A program made the position numbers and the translations under genes. A stretch of 64,000 bases of DNA from Heptranchias perlo (lineage: Eukaryota): assembly GCF_035084215.1 (NCBI RefSeq), contig NC_090363.1, positions 11,346,001 through 11,410,000 on the forward strand, read 5' to 3'. A model generated the notes under the pieces. The model worked only from the letters and a program-made list of their open reading frames with translations. It made no database searches and was not told where the DNA came from. Every line of letters starts with the position of its first letter. The stretch's first letter is position 1. This document shows positions 33,049 to 45,419 of this stretch, one piece after another.

Positions 33049-36000
33049 TTAGTGACCTTTAACCCCGCAGATTGTCAGTGGCGCTGAGTTTTCCCCGCCG
33101 TCACTCCATCCCGGATGGAAGATCGGAAAGATTCTCTCAGTGAAAGTGTGGGTGAAAGTGTGGAGATGGGACATGTTGTCCGCATTGTAAAATGACACCT
33201 GTCCACCCTCATAGTCCAGGTACACCCCGATCATCCGGAGCTTTACACTCGGGGTGAGGGGTGTGTCATAGGGGGAGGTGGCGGCAAAATAACCACTTCC
33301 AGGCTCCAGCCACACAATCCAGTATCCGGACTCAGGTCTCGGGTCGATGTTCCCTTTCCTGTTAACAGACTCTCGGGCCACTCCCACACTCCAAGTCTGG
33401 TTCCCCACCTCCACCTCCCAGTAGTGTCTCCCTGATGTGAATCCCTCCGATCCCAGGACACAGGCCCAGCGATCAAACCTCTCCGGGGTGTTAGGGAGCG
33501 GCTGCCGTTTCTCTCCGAGTCTCACACTGGTCCGGTCCTCAGACACAATGAGCCGGGGATTCGCTGTGTTCGGATCCAGAGTCAGAGAGGCTGGAGCTGG
33601 GGGAAGGTTAAAATAACACAGTCAGTGAGTTAGTTTCTTGCTGTGATTTATTCAAACACTTTCCTGTTTAAAGTGCCCACTCGGGGGACTCCCAGTACCT
33701 CTGGTGATTTTAAAGGGCTCCAGGTTCTGTTATTGGAATCTGCTCCCACACGGGGGTTTACGCTCCTGGGGCCGCTCTGACTTCCCAACCCGGTCAGAGC
33801 TGAGCGGGGACCGGGCGCACATTGTATTTTATTTTTGTCTTTCTTCAGCCCCTGGCGCCCTGCTTCGACACCGACCCGCCACAAGAAACCCTACGGCTCC
33901 CCGAGGCCCCTGTGGTTCTCAGCCCCTGCAGAGTGACCCACGGTCCTATAGAAATAAACAAGGAACCGGCACCAAGAGGCTCCGATATGATTTGGAGGCA
34001 CAATCTCGGCCCGGAGACGTTGGGCATAACTTTTACTCTGTGCCGGGTACTCAGTGCTCCCGCAGTTATTTGCGTGGGGAACCCAGAAGCGAATTGAGTG
34101 CATCGCAATCTGCGATCACAACTCAACTGAAGGTGAGTGTTTGAGCTTTTGGGTTTCACACACACTGGGCAGCCAGAATGACAGGCTGGGGGCCAGTGGG
34201 CAGTGAAAGGAGATGCAAACCAGAGAGGGGCGCGGGAAGGATAGAGAGGTCATTGAAACTGCAAGAAAGCGGGGTGGAGGGGGTGCGATGGACGGCATGG
34301 GGGAGGGTCCAGCATCGGGGATCGGGGGTCAGCAAGCAACGGTGATGGCGGGGTCCAACATCGTGGAATGGGGATCGGCCGATCGCAGGGGTCCTATTGG
34401 CCAACTGAGCTTGTTGGGCCTGGATGAAGCACTCCTGCACCTCCGGGCCCACAAACATTGCAATAAAGGCACACATCTCATGGATCCGGTCCTTCCCGCC
34501 TGCTTTCACCTGACGTGAATCAGAAGCGATGAGAAACGGGAGCAAATAGGGGTAAATTCATTTTAACTGTCCAATACACCAAATATTAAGTACTCAAGTA
34601 TCTCAATTAGATACACTGCCCCTTTAAGTATCCGCCCACCGGCTTTAAGTGGGGGTGGGACTTCCTGGTGCCTGTTCTGCAAAGGCACACAAACCTGCCT
34701 GGGTTAATATATCCTACATAGAATTACATAGAATTTACAGCCTGAGAAAGGCCATTCGGCCCAGCAGGTCTAGGCCAGTCTTTATGCTCCACATGAGCCT
34801 CCTCCCTCCTTACTTCATCTCACCCTGTCAGCAGATCCTTCTATTCCTTTCTCCCTCATGTGTTTATCTAGCTTTCCCTTCAATGCTAATGTGGTGTTCG
34901 CCTCAGCCACTCCTTTTGGCAGCGAGTTCCACATTCTAATTGCTTTCTGAGTAAAGAAGTTTCTCCTGAATTCCCGATTGGATTTATGAGTGACCATCTT
35001 ATACTTAACTTTGGACTCCCGTTCTTAAGGGTTAAAATTTATCCCGTTAGCTCTGATATCCCCCACATCACCAAACAGCGCGATCAATGAGGGGAGAGGG
35101 GGGGATACAGACATCAGGGGGAAAGAAAGTAGTGAAGAAAAGAGGAAAAGAAAGGAGGGGAACAGCTGTAGAAGGGAAGAGAGAGCCAAGAGAGAGCGGG
35201 GGTGGGTAGGGGGACTGAACTCATCAGAGGGAATGGGATCAAGAACAGATCTCGCAGAGGGAGGGAGGGAAAGAGCTAAGGCGCGGCAAACAGTGGGGAA
35301 GGGAGAGAGTAAAGAGTTCAAGGGGAAAAGCAGAAAAGCAACGGGATAAAGAAGCTGCGGCCCACAACTCAATGTGTCCAACAGCCTGACCCGGAACTCG
35401 AGATAAACTGGAACAACCGGGCAGTCCCCAGATTCAGAGAAAACCGCCCCCTAACAGAAAAAACACCCTGCACATAACAAACCGACATCACCCTGAATAC
35501 AGCCCATCAAAAAAAATATATTCAGGAAACTCAACAGACTCCAACATATAATCAGGCAAAAAAAAACAGATGTACATAAAAGGAGAGGTGGAAGTGGCAT
35601 TTCTACAAGTGACCCTTCTCTCCACCCTCAGAACACACCAGGTTTATGAGTGAGTGGGTGGGACAAATGCTGGCAGCCTTCTACTCAGCCAAGAGCAGAG
35701 GGTAGTCACACCAATCAACAGGAACCTCCCTATTACTCTGGCGATACACATTCCTGGAGGCCGCTCCATCCTAATGGACTTCGAATAACAGGAGAACCCA
35801 AAGTGATGCTTCAATTCTGTGTCCCGAATGAGGAGTCTCCGCATTCTCCACATCAACATTCCTCACACTCGCCCCACGTATGGACAGCACAGTAACCATG
35901 AATGGAGACCTGAACTGTGCTCTTCACTCCCAATGGGAAAAACTCCCAGTGGACACAGGGCATGAGGACAAGCAGCCGGAGTAATTTGGGGACGAAGTAG

Positions 36001-39000
36001 TCACCTGGTCCCACACCAACTAATAGCTCCCCAAGCGAGTTTTACAAGGACCTAATCGTGGAGTTTACTCTCCTCCTACTGAAACACCTACACCGTGTGC
36101 TTGAGACAAGGACAAAGACACACTTGACTGAGTCACGATCATGTTAATCCATTTGAACAGAAAGATCGTCTCCCCGTGCTCATTGTCGAAAACTAAATTC
36201 CTCCTCAATGCTGACTAGAAAATATCGGTCAAGATCTTAACCGCCAGACATCTCCGGCCAGGTCCATGCAAACAAATAGGCTTCACACTAGGCCGCATGT
36301 GGAGGTATAACACCAGCGGCTATTCAATGTGCTGCCCCACTGTCATATCTCTACCCTGATACTCTCCCTGGATGCATAAAAGACATTCGTCTAGGGCGAG
36401 TGGAATATTTCCTCAAGAGAAATGAATGAATAAGGCTTGGTGATACTTTCAGGCAGTGGATTGCAATCCAGTGCCTGCTCCCCATGTTCACAGTGATTAC
36501 CAGCTGACTCCATACCCCTCAACCGTCCTCCTCCCTGAACGGGCAGACAAAGCCTCGTTCCCAGGCTTCCTCAGACTTCCTGTCCCGACCATGTTCATGA
36601 ACATGAATGTGGCACACAAGGTGGAGATACATCAGGAGGATGCCTTATTGGAGAGGAGGATAGGTTCTGCTGGGAAGGAGGGGAGTTGCCTCTTGCTGAA
36701 GTTTGCAAGGTATTGCTGTTTTCCGAGGGTCCCTGTATTGGTCATGTTGGGAGAGCTGAAATTTTCAGCTGACTGGTTGAAAGCGATGCTTTTTAGAAGG
36801 TGGATTTGGTGCATGAAAAACACTTTAATTCCACTCAGGGCCGGTTCTAACCGCGATGCTTTGCATCTACTTAGTACTAAAAGATACTCTAACATAAGGA
36901 AAATAAAAAATAGGAGCAGGAGTAGACCATACAGCCCCTCGAGCCTGCTCCACCATTCAATAAGATCATGGCCTATCTTCCACCTCAACTCCACTTTCCT
37001 GCCCGATCCCCATATCCCTTGATTCTTTTAGAGTCCAAAAATCTATCGATCTCAGCCTTGAATGTACTCAACGACTGAGCATCCACAGCCCTCTGGGGTG
37101 GAGAATTCCAAAGATTTACTACCCACTGATTGAAGAAATTTCTCCTCATCTCAGTCCTAAATGGCCGACCCCTTATCCTGAGACTATGCCCCCTCGCTCT
37201 AGACTCTCCAGCTAAAGGAAACAGCTTCTCAGCATCTACCCTGCCAAGCCCTGTCAAAATCTTATATCTTACAATGAGAGCACCTCTCATTCTTCTGAAC
37301 TCTATAGATTATAGGTCCATTTTACTCAATCTCTCCAGTTTGACATAATCTGATATACTATACGAAGAAATGAGCGAGAAATCGGAAGAAATGATCCTAT
37401 ATGAGTTTTACCGGGTTTGATGGCATCAATCATTTCTCTCCATACTGTGTACTGCAAAGGGCCGTTGAATTTTTCGATAGGCAGTGCGGCTTCTGCTAAA
37501 GACTGGATACGAAAGCCCTCGCTAATCCTGCAAATATTAAACAGTTGGTTATAAATTGACCAGAAACACCTTTCTGAGTTATTTTCCCAAACTGTGCAGA
37601 GTTTCAGTAAAGAGCATATCCTACCTCCTCTTCAGAAAACTTTTCTCCTGAAATAAATAAAACACAAATCTGAGTTGACAGACACTGACCGTCTATATCC
37701 GGACAGCAGAAATTGCACCCAGATTGTTCAAAGCTGCTGATAATACCGAATTCTCACTGCTGCCGCTGCACAAATGGAAAGAGACTATTACAAAAAGGTA
37801 CAGAAGCTTTGGAGAAGGTGGAAAAAAATGTTAAGGAATTATACCAGAATGAACAGGGTACAACTATCAGGAAAGACTAAACAGGCTGGGGCTCTCTTCT
37901 TTGGAAACGAGAAGACTGAGGGGTGACCTGATAGACGTCTTTAAAATTATGGCGGCGTGGATAGGGTGGATGTAGAGGAGATGTTTCCACTTGTGGCGGA
38001 GTCCAAAGCTAGGCGCCATAAATATAAGATAGTCACTAATAAAATCCAATCAGGTATTGAGGCGAAACTTCTTTACTCAGAGAGTGGTTAGAATGTGGAA
38101 CTCACGAGCACGTGGGGTGGTTGAGGCGAACAGCACAGATGTATTTAAGGGGAACCAGATAAGTACAAGAGGAAGAAAGGAATAGAAGGATATTCTGTTA
38201 GGGTTAGAAGAAGCAAAGTGGGAACAGGCTTGTGCGGAGCATAAACACCGGCATGGACCTGTGGGGCTGAACGGCCTGTTTCTGTGCTGCACATTCTTTG
38301 TAATTCTATGTGGGATATATTTGAAAACCAGACAGCAGAAATTACACCAAAATTATTAACAGCAGCTGATAGAAACAGGATATAGTTGATAAAATTTGAT
38401 TTGTGTCAGATTATGGAAGTCAACATCAGTCCCGCTCACAGACAAATAATGCCTCACCTTCAGAAATATCACACCGTCTTTTTCCTCCATCTGTTTTTGC
38501 AACTTTGAAAGCTTCTCCTGAATAGAATTTAAATTCTTTTGAATTTCTCGAAGATTTTCCTCCATTGGTTCTAGAATCCTCTCCTCTTCTTCCCTGAGAT
38601 CTCTGATTAAACGCTGCTCTTTCTCAGTGAGAATCTGGTGCATTTTAGCGAACTCGGATATGATGCGGGTCTGCAGACTGCTCGACTGTTCCTACAAAAT
38701 GAAATGTGAAAAATAATAATGTACCGCGATAAAGGAACAAAACTAACCGAGATCGCAGAGAATCAGCACAGGGAGACCTCACCCTAACTTTGGAAATCTG
38801 TTGCTTCTGTTTCAGTTCAGTTTCGAGAACCGCCGTTTTCTTCTCTGTGAGAGAATCTAAGGAAGATTTCAGCTGATCCTGGGATTGGGAGAAAAAATCA
38901 CAGAATGAAAGTGTTCGACCATGAAAAAGATTTAATAATCAGATGATCAAATATGTTCCCTTTTACCTTGTACATTTCAACAGCTTCTTTAATCGGCATG

Positions 39001-39377
39001 AAGCGGTGGTCTCTGTGTTCCCGCGCATCTCGACAAATCATACAGATCAGTTTCTTGTCAGTTTCACAAAACAGCTTCACTTCTTCCTGATGTTCCTCAC
39101 AGTGAAGTTTACTTTCCTTCTCTTCCGGATTCAGCTTTAATTTTCGAACTTTCTCGGCCAGATTTGCTAAGGCCCGATTGGCCCTGAAGTTTCTTTCCGA
39201 AAACTCCTCTCTGCATTCCGGGCAGGAGTTTGTTTCCTTCGGTTCCCAACACTGTGTGATACAGGAGCGGCAGAAGTTGTGCCCACACTCCAGTATAACC
39301 GGAGCAGTGAACAAATCAAGACAGATGGGACAAATTGCCTCCTCGGACAAACTCTCTGCCTGCCGTCTGGAAGCCAT
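33049..39377 (-). CDS. TRIM-1: RING-Bbox2-coiled coil-PRY/SPRY (B30.2) E3 ligase, class IV TRIM (TRIM39/A33/NF7-like). Exons 39377-38967, 38878-38783, 38691-38458, 37647-37625, 37527-37412, 33596-33049; 475 aa
   Basis: C3HC4 RING (CPIC...CGHNFCRSC...CPEC), B-box CEEH...C..C....[27 protein letters not shown]. All introns GT-AG with compatible phases. Exon sizes 411/96/234/23/116/548 fit the typical TRIM-B30.2 layout. Confidence 0.9.
34022..35045. mobile_element. Non-autonomous PIF/Harbinger-type element with 3-bp TSD (GTT); nested CR1 tail at about 34717-35015
   Basis: Imperfect TIRs GGGCATAACTTTTA / TAAAATTTATCCC. GTT at 34019-34021 and 35046-35048. Empty site with a single GTT at 46486-46488 in the TRIM-2 paralog. 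Confidence 0.8.
35350..36560 (+). mobile_element. Degraded L1-clade LINE ORF2 (endonuclease to RT) in TRIM-1 intron 5
   Basis: Degenerate ERVEVAFLQ, EWVGQ...SKSRG, NGDLN, PGHEDK-like, LLNAD*KISVKIL and SLDA*KTF motifs. Confidence 0.5.
36890..37335 (-). mobile_element. CR1 3' fragment
   Basis: [41 protein letters not shown]...; CATAAG tail. Confidence 0.85.
37780..38310 (+). mobile_element. CR1 3' fragment in TRIM-1 intron 3
   Basis: [14 protein letters not shown]; 3' UTR GGGCTGAACGGCCTGTTTCTGTGCTG. Only the first about 50 bp remain in the TRIM-2 intron (about 50975-51025). Confidence 0.8.
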
Positions 39378-39859
39378 GTTCACACTCAGCACTTCCTGAT
39401 TCAAACTGATTTTACCTTCGATGTTACTGGGCTCCCGAACACCTTCAGACTACAAACCCTCCGGTGAATCACCGTGTAAGATATAGATCCATAAACTGAA
39501 TTGTGTTAATGATTGTAGCCGCTCACCCTAAAAGACAAAGTGCCATAAATGTCAAGCAGCTGCCTGGAAGCTGTGATCAGTTTCAGTCCTTCCGGATTGA
39601 AACTGCTGATGTCATGTTTCTGTGGGTGGATCCAGCCCCGGTTCCCAGTCTGAGATCACTCCAGAGTCCCTGGAAGTGCTGTTCACATCTGGATGAAATT
39701 GTATCACATTTACAAAGAGGAAAGACGTTCGATGAAGTTTGGGTGTGCACACGTCATCAGACTGAGAGACAAACGGGTATTTTACTCAGGCTGGGAAAAC
39801 GGAGAGGGGAAAAGGGAGGAGGGGAGAGGAGAGATCAACGCTGATTTGAAAGAAATTGT

Positions 39860-40560
39860 TCGGTTGCATGGATCGCAGGCTCGGCCTCAGGATTGGTGTC
39901 AGCCTTGCCCACCTTGTTTGTTTTGCCGGCCTGGGATGCGGGCAGTTGCTGCGGACGAGCCCCATCTCCTTACAGGCGGGGGCACCGAACACCCTCCGAT
40001 GTCCAGAGGACGCGGTGGGCCGTCCCCTGGTGACTCACATAAAAGCCACCCTGGGTTTCCTCCTCCCGGGCCGGCTGGGCGTCGGTCTGGTGCCGGAAGG
40101 ATTGGACCTGACGGAGGTTCGTCTCCCTGAGGCCGAGCGGGATCGGTGCAAAATCTGTCCTCACCTCTCCCAGTTGAATTCGAGGGAGGAGGAGCTCGTT
40201 GGGGATCAATGGCGGGACGTTTGATAAAACGATCCTCTGCCTCCCGGCCGGGAGAGGATCCACCAGCAGGAATCTCTCGCCCACCGTGAGCCCCTTATTG
40301 AGGGCCAGGAACACAGCCCGCTCCGACCTCAGGAAGAACACGGCCTTCCCGGACATTTCAGAGGCGGCGACAATGACTGAGGGGCCGACAACCCCAGACA
40401 TGGTCTTCACACAAGCTTCAATGGGCATGTTGGGCTGAGTGTAGCTCTTGACCCCATTACGTTTCGTAAAGAGGCGAAAAGGTGCAGGGGAAGCAGGAGC
40501 AGCTGCGGAGGCCAAGCCCGTGTCCGTCCGGCTTGTACCGGGCACCGACGAAGGTGGAGT
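39860..40560 (-). pseudogene. Tx1-clade LINE ORF1 fragment (RRM-like region + degenerate CCHC knuckle), frameshifted
   Basis: GVVGPSVIVAAS.MSGKAVFFL, RIVLSNVPPLIPNELL, LGEV, IPLGLR; knuckle C..CKEMGLVRSNCP reached after a frameshift. Confidence 0.75.
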
Positions 40561-40904
40561 CGCCCGATGAAAATTGGGAACTGCACTTCACCCAAAGAGA
40601 GAGAGAGAGGGAAGGAAAGGGTGGAAGGAGGGTGAGAAAGAGAGGGAGAGAGAGGGAAGGAACGGCGGAAAGGAGGAGGGAAAGAGGGAAGGAGGGAGAG
40701 CGAGAGAGGGAAGGAGACAAGGAGGCAGGCTGTAGAAGTGGGGGAAACGGTGAGTTGGGTGGGGTGCACTCGACTGGTGTTTTTCCTCCTCTTCTTGGTT
40801 GGGGGACAGAGACGTCTTCACCCAGACAGCTGAAACTGCCGAGGCTCACTGCTCCACAAGATGTTCATTGCTGGACAAGCCCTTGTTCCGGACTTGTCCA
40901 GCAC

Positions 40905-41515
40905 CTCAGTCTGATTGACAGTCCCCGGGCTCCCTCATTCTCGGCCCCGCCCCTTCAGTCTGATTGACAGTCCCCGGGCTCCCTCACTCCCAGCCCCGCC
41001 CCCTCGTCTGATTGACAGTCCCCGAGCTCCTTCACTCCCAGCCCCGCCCCCTCGTCTGATTGACAGTCCCCGAGCTCCTTCACTCCCAGCCCCGCCCCCT
41101 CAGTCTGATTGACAGTCCCCGGGCCCCCACAATCCCAGCCCCGCCCCCTCGTCTGATTGACAGTCCCCGGGCTCTCTCACTCCCAGCCCCGCCCCCTCAG
41201 TCTGATTGACAGTCCCCGAGCTCCTTCACTCCCAGCCCCGCCCCCTCAGTCTGATTGACAGTCCCCGGGCTTCCTCACTCCCAGCCCCGCCCACTCAGTC
41301 TGATTGACAGTCCCCGGGCTCCCACAATCCCAGCCCCGCCCCCTCAGTCTGATTGACAGTCCCCGGGCTCCCACAATCCCAGCCCCGCCCCCTCAGTCTG
41401 ATTGACAGTCCCCGGGCTCCCTCACTCCCAGCTCCGCCCCCTCACTTTTATTGACAGTCCCCGGGCATCCTGACTCCGAGCCCCGCCCGCTCAGCCTGAT
41501 AGACAGTCCCCGAGT
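40905..41515. repeat. 48-49-bp minisatellite, 13 units, each with TGATTGACAG and a GC box
   Basis: Unit CAGTCTGATTGACAGTCCCCGGGCTCCCTCACTCCCAGCCCCGCCCCCT. Eleven exact TGATTGACAG copies from 40912 to 41408. Confidence 0.9.
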
Positions 41516-41532
41516 ATCGAAGCCGGTGTCTC

Positions 41533-41975
41533 ACCCGTGCTGTACCTTCCCTGGGAGTGTTTGATGGGACAGTGTAGAGGGAGCTTTACTCTGTATCTAA
41601 CCCGTGCTGCACCTGCCCTGGGAGTGTTTGATGGGACAGTGTAGAGGGAGCTTTACTCTGTATCTAACCCGTGCTGCACCTGCCCTGGGAGTGTTTGATG
41701 GGACAGTGTAGAGGGAGCTTTACTCTGTATCTAACCCGTGCTGTACCTGCCCTGGGAGTGTTTGATGGGACAGTGTAGAGGGAGCTTTACTCTGTATCTA
41801 ACCCGTGCTGTACCTGCCCTGGGAGTGTTTGATGGGACAGTGTCGAGCGAGCTTTCCTCTTTATCTAACCCGTGCTGCACCTGCCCTGGGAGTGTTTGAT
41901 GGGACAGTGTAGAGGGAGCTTTACTCTGTAGTTAACCCGTACTCGACCTGACCTGGGACTGTTTTTTGGAGCAGT
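41533..41975. repeat. 67-bp tandem repeat, about 6.5 units
   Basis: Unit CCCGTGCTGTACCTGCCCTGGGAGTGTTTGATGGGACAGTGTAGAGGGAGCTTTACTCTGTATCTAA. Confidence 0.9.
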
Positions 41976-42449
41976 GTTGGCAGATGTCTGGGGGCCGATT
42001 GCCTGAGTGCCCTGTGACTGGGAAGTGATGTGTGTTTTGGGATGTGATCAAATAAATGCAAAGAAAATGAAGGAAATAAAGAAACGAGTAAACAAGTTAG
42101 GTACCGTTGAAGAAGGCATTTAATCTCCTGAAAAAGAAAATGGAAGAAAACATAACTTTAACATTGCGCCATCACAGTGCGGTCAGTGAGCATATCTGCA
42201 TTGTCACTTGCTAATTAAATGTATAATTTCAATGTGGTGTTCGGCCAGAGAACAGGGAGTTTTATTCTGAATTTAGCACGTGGTGTAATTCACCTGGGAC
42301 TACTTCATGTACAACGTGAAAATGTTTTTCAGTTCCCAGCACCGAGAACCTTATTCTCAGTGGATACTGAGAGACACCTGCAGAGAGAGATGGATGAAGG
42401 TGAGACTGAGTACAGTGATACTGAGATACACCTGATAAGGTGTGAGGTG

Positions 42450-43610
42450 TTTGAGGTGTTGGTCGAGGTGGTCCATGTCTGGCCCATTCCCCGATGCTCC
42501 GCTGCCACAATCACCCGATCTTCCACTTTGTCTGGAGGTCCAAGATAGACCGCGTCCAGTGGGGCACCATGTACAAGCCCCCAGACAAAAGGGTGGAAGG
42601 GCATCCCCAAAGGTGCCCTGATCCTGATGGCCACATTTCTGCGTGGCTGCCTCAGGATTTGTGTAGGGCCCCATTATGCAAACACTAAGTGTCACTACGT
42701 GCTGAGCTTCTACCTCTCCACCATACTGAGAAGGTTGGGTTTGGCCATGCTGGCCGAACAAATGAAGAACGTCCCGTCCAGCTGGACCGTAACCCTCCAC
42801 CGGTCCCAGGTGGAGAAGTTCCTGAAGAGGAACCTTTTCGACCACAAGGCTGTCAGTCAGTGGTCTGGACAGTGGGGTGTTCTGGGGGTCCTGCAGGGAA
42901 AGGAGAGGGTGGATCCGATCGAGCAGTTCCACGACCAGACAGTCGAAACCATTTGGCAGAACGTCTTTCGCTGGAACTGACCAACAGGCACCAGGATGTA
43001 GCTTGGATGGTGGCGAGAAGGGCCCTCCCTCGTGTGGTCTTTCCTGCATGCTCAGAATCTCAGCACCACTGCGAGCTGCCGTCGAAGCTGCAGTGGGAAT
43101 GTGACTGTTGCCCATCTTGGACTGCCCTATCACGCAGAGGGCGTGGAGAGAAATGATTTGGTATTTGTCCTGGTTCATTCCCAACCGCTCAATAACACAG
43201 GAATCTGTGCTCTACGGGCTGTTCCCTGGGCCCACACCGAGACAGATTTCAACTCAGTGAAGGAGGCCTTTGGTCTGCCCAAAACCTGCTGGTCTTCCAG
43301 CTCAGGTAGCTGTCCACGACCGAGTACTGCCGACTGGAACACCCCAAGGTCCAGGAGTACGTGCTGTGAGACGCACTGAAGTGACGTACGCATTATGCAA
43401 AGGCTCCATGGGGAAAGATCACTGTATCAGCCCATCCCACCTTCTATTGTACACCATGTATTAGGAGATATGTGCTGTGTTTGAATTGTAATATTGGGAT
43501 TGTTTGTGTACGTATGTATTGTATTGTTTTGAATTGTATTGCTTTGGAATTGTGTTTTTTACATTCAACTGTGTGTACCTTTAAATTCTACGATATAAAG
43601 TATATCTTGA
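42450..43610 (+). mobile_element. Tx1-clade LINE ORF2 C-terminus and 3' UTR, frameshifted
   Basis: IFHFVWRSKIDRV, NTKCHYVLSFYLS, ELTNRHQDVAWMVARRALP, Cys/His zf-RVT-like remnants; TG/T-rich 3' UTR. Confidence 0.7.
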
Positions 43611-43824
43611 TTTTTTCAAATTAAAGAGTGTCTCTGTACCTTTAAAAACTCTGTCTCACTGCACAGATATTTAAAATGTATTGTAGGACGGTGTGATTGT
43701 TTCTGTACCTTTAACCTCTCGACTCACTGAACAGTTATTTAAAGTGTATTGTAGGATGATGTGTGTGGGAGGAGAGTCTGTGAGGTGAGGTAGGAGCAGC
43801 GCCTTTGTGCAGGGTGAGAATTAC

Positions 43825-44178
43825 ACTTTTTATTTTCTCTCTCCCCTCTGTCTTTCTCTTCCTCTCCTCTCCTTCCTTTCACTCTCTTCTCATTCCTCTT
43901 ATTTATTTCTCTTTCTTTCTGCCTCCAGCTCCACTGTCTGTATCTTTTTTAATGCGTTTCATTCCCTCATCCTATTTCCCTTGCCTTTCCCCTTTCTCGT
44001 TCCTTTTTCCATCTCTCTCTTTACACTTTCTCGCTCTTTTTTCTTTCTTTCCTCTTTCTCTCTCTTTTTTTGCTTCACTCTTTCATTCTCTTCTTTTTCT
44101 CTCATTCACTTTTCTCTCTCTTTAAACTTCCTCTCTCCTTTCTTTTTTTCTCTCTCTTTCCTTTCTCTCCTCTTTATC
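43825..44178. repeat. CT-rich low-complexity tract
   Basis: Polypyrimidine sequence. Confidence 0.8.
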
Positions 44179-45419
44179 CGGCGAGAATAGTAAGGGAGAG
44201 GGCTCCCACCACGGTCCAGGAATCGCAAGCCCCCGGGGTAAATCTCCCTCACTGTGACCTGACCCCCATGGTGTAATTCCACCCCGCCCGCTCCCTGTCA
44301 TCACCCCTGCAGTGCACTGGACATTGCAACGGACAGGAATTCGCAATGCACCAGATGTTACTTCACTGATGGTGTTCAGGGTGCTTCAAGAAACCAAACT
44401 TCTGGCCCTTGTGGAGAAATGTAAACATATTTTTGAATATTTGGCATTTAAAGTTTTATTTCCCAAGCTCTGACAAAGGGCAGACTATTGACAACATATA
44501 GTCATTGCCACCAACTTTATTAACGTGACGTAGTTGGTATCACAAAATGGGAATATTAACATCATTTATTGAGTTACAGAAAACTTAAGCAAAGAGCATG
44601 CATTACCTCGTGTTCTGATCAGCTGCCTTCTATTCCAATAAACTCAGAGCTTCGCTCACACTGAGAGTGTTCTGTGCGGAATAGATTGTCAGGCTCGTAG
44701 TAGCAAGATCAGTCATATCAAAGTGATTGCAAAAGTATCAACTCCTCGATATTCTCGCTCGGACAATGACAGAAACTAAATACACCTGGAAAGTCAAATT
44801 TCTGTGACGTTATGGACATTGACATGAAATTACTCCCACTGACACTTGGAAACACCCAATTGAACGAAAACAAGATTTCAAGATAATTACAGGTGAGGAA
44901 GGCCATTCTGCCCATCTTGATCCATCCATCCAGACAGATCTTAACATCCCACCATTGTAGCATCAAATTCTTTCTGCAATGACTCCAGGGTTCTTGTCTC
45001 CATCACTCTATCTGGAACCTCACTCCACATGATGATGATACTTTGGGGTGGAATCAAGGTGGTTGTGCCCCCAAAAATGGTGGGCAGTAAGAGAGGAGAA
45101 TTAAAACAGGGGCAATGCTCCCTCAGTACTGCACTGAAGTGTCAGCCTGGATTATGTGCTCAAATCTGTGGAGTAGAAGAGAGACAGGAGGGGTCCATGG
45201 GAGTGGGAATAATTGGACGGCTCTTTCAAAGAGCCGCCACAGGCACGATGGATTGAATGGCCTCCTGCGCTGTCTGATTCTATATGAGGCTGGTTACCAC
45301 CTAAATGCGATTACCACCTGACTCGGGACCATCCGCACCACCTGTGACTGAGAGCGACGCCCAGCAGTTTGCAGCTGGCAGGAGGCAGGTCGGCGGTGTG
45401 GAATTATGGGATGGACCTG

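Noticed and set aside
40905-41975. Regularly spaced repeats as a possible CRISPR array
   Set aside because: Head-to-tail minisatellites without variable spacers.
43805-44190. Hydrophobic Phe/Leu/Ser ORFs as membrane proteins (also 57839-58453 and 59567-60181)
   Set aside because: Translations of CT/GA low-complexity tracts.
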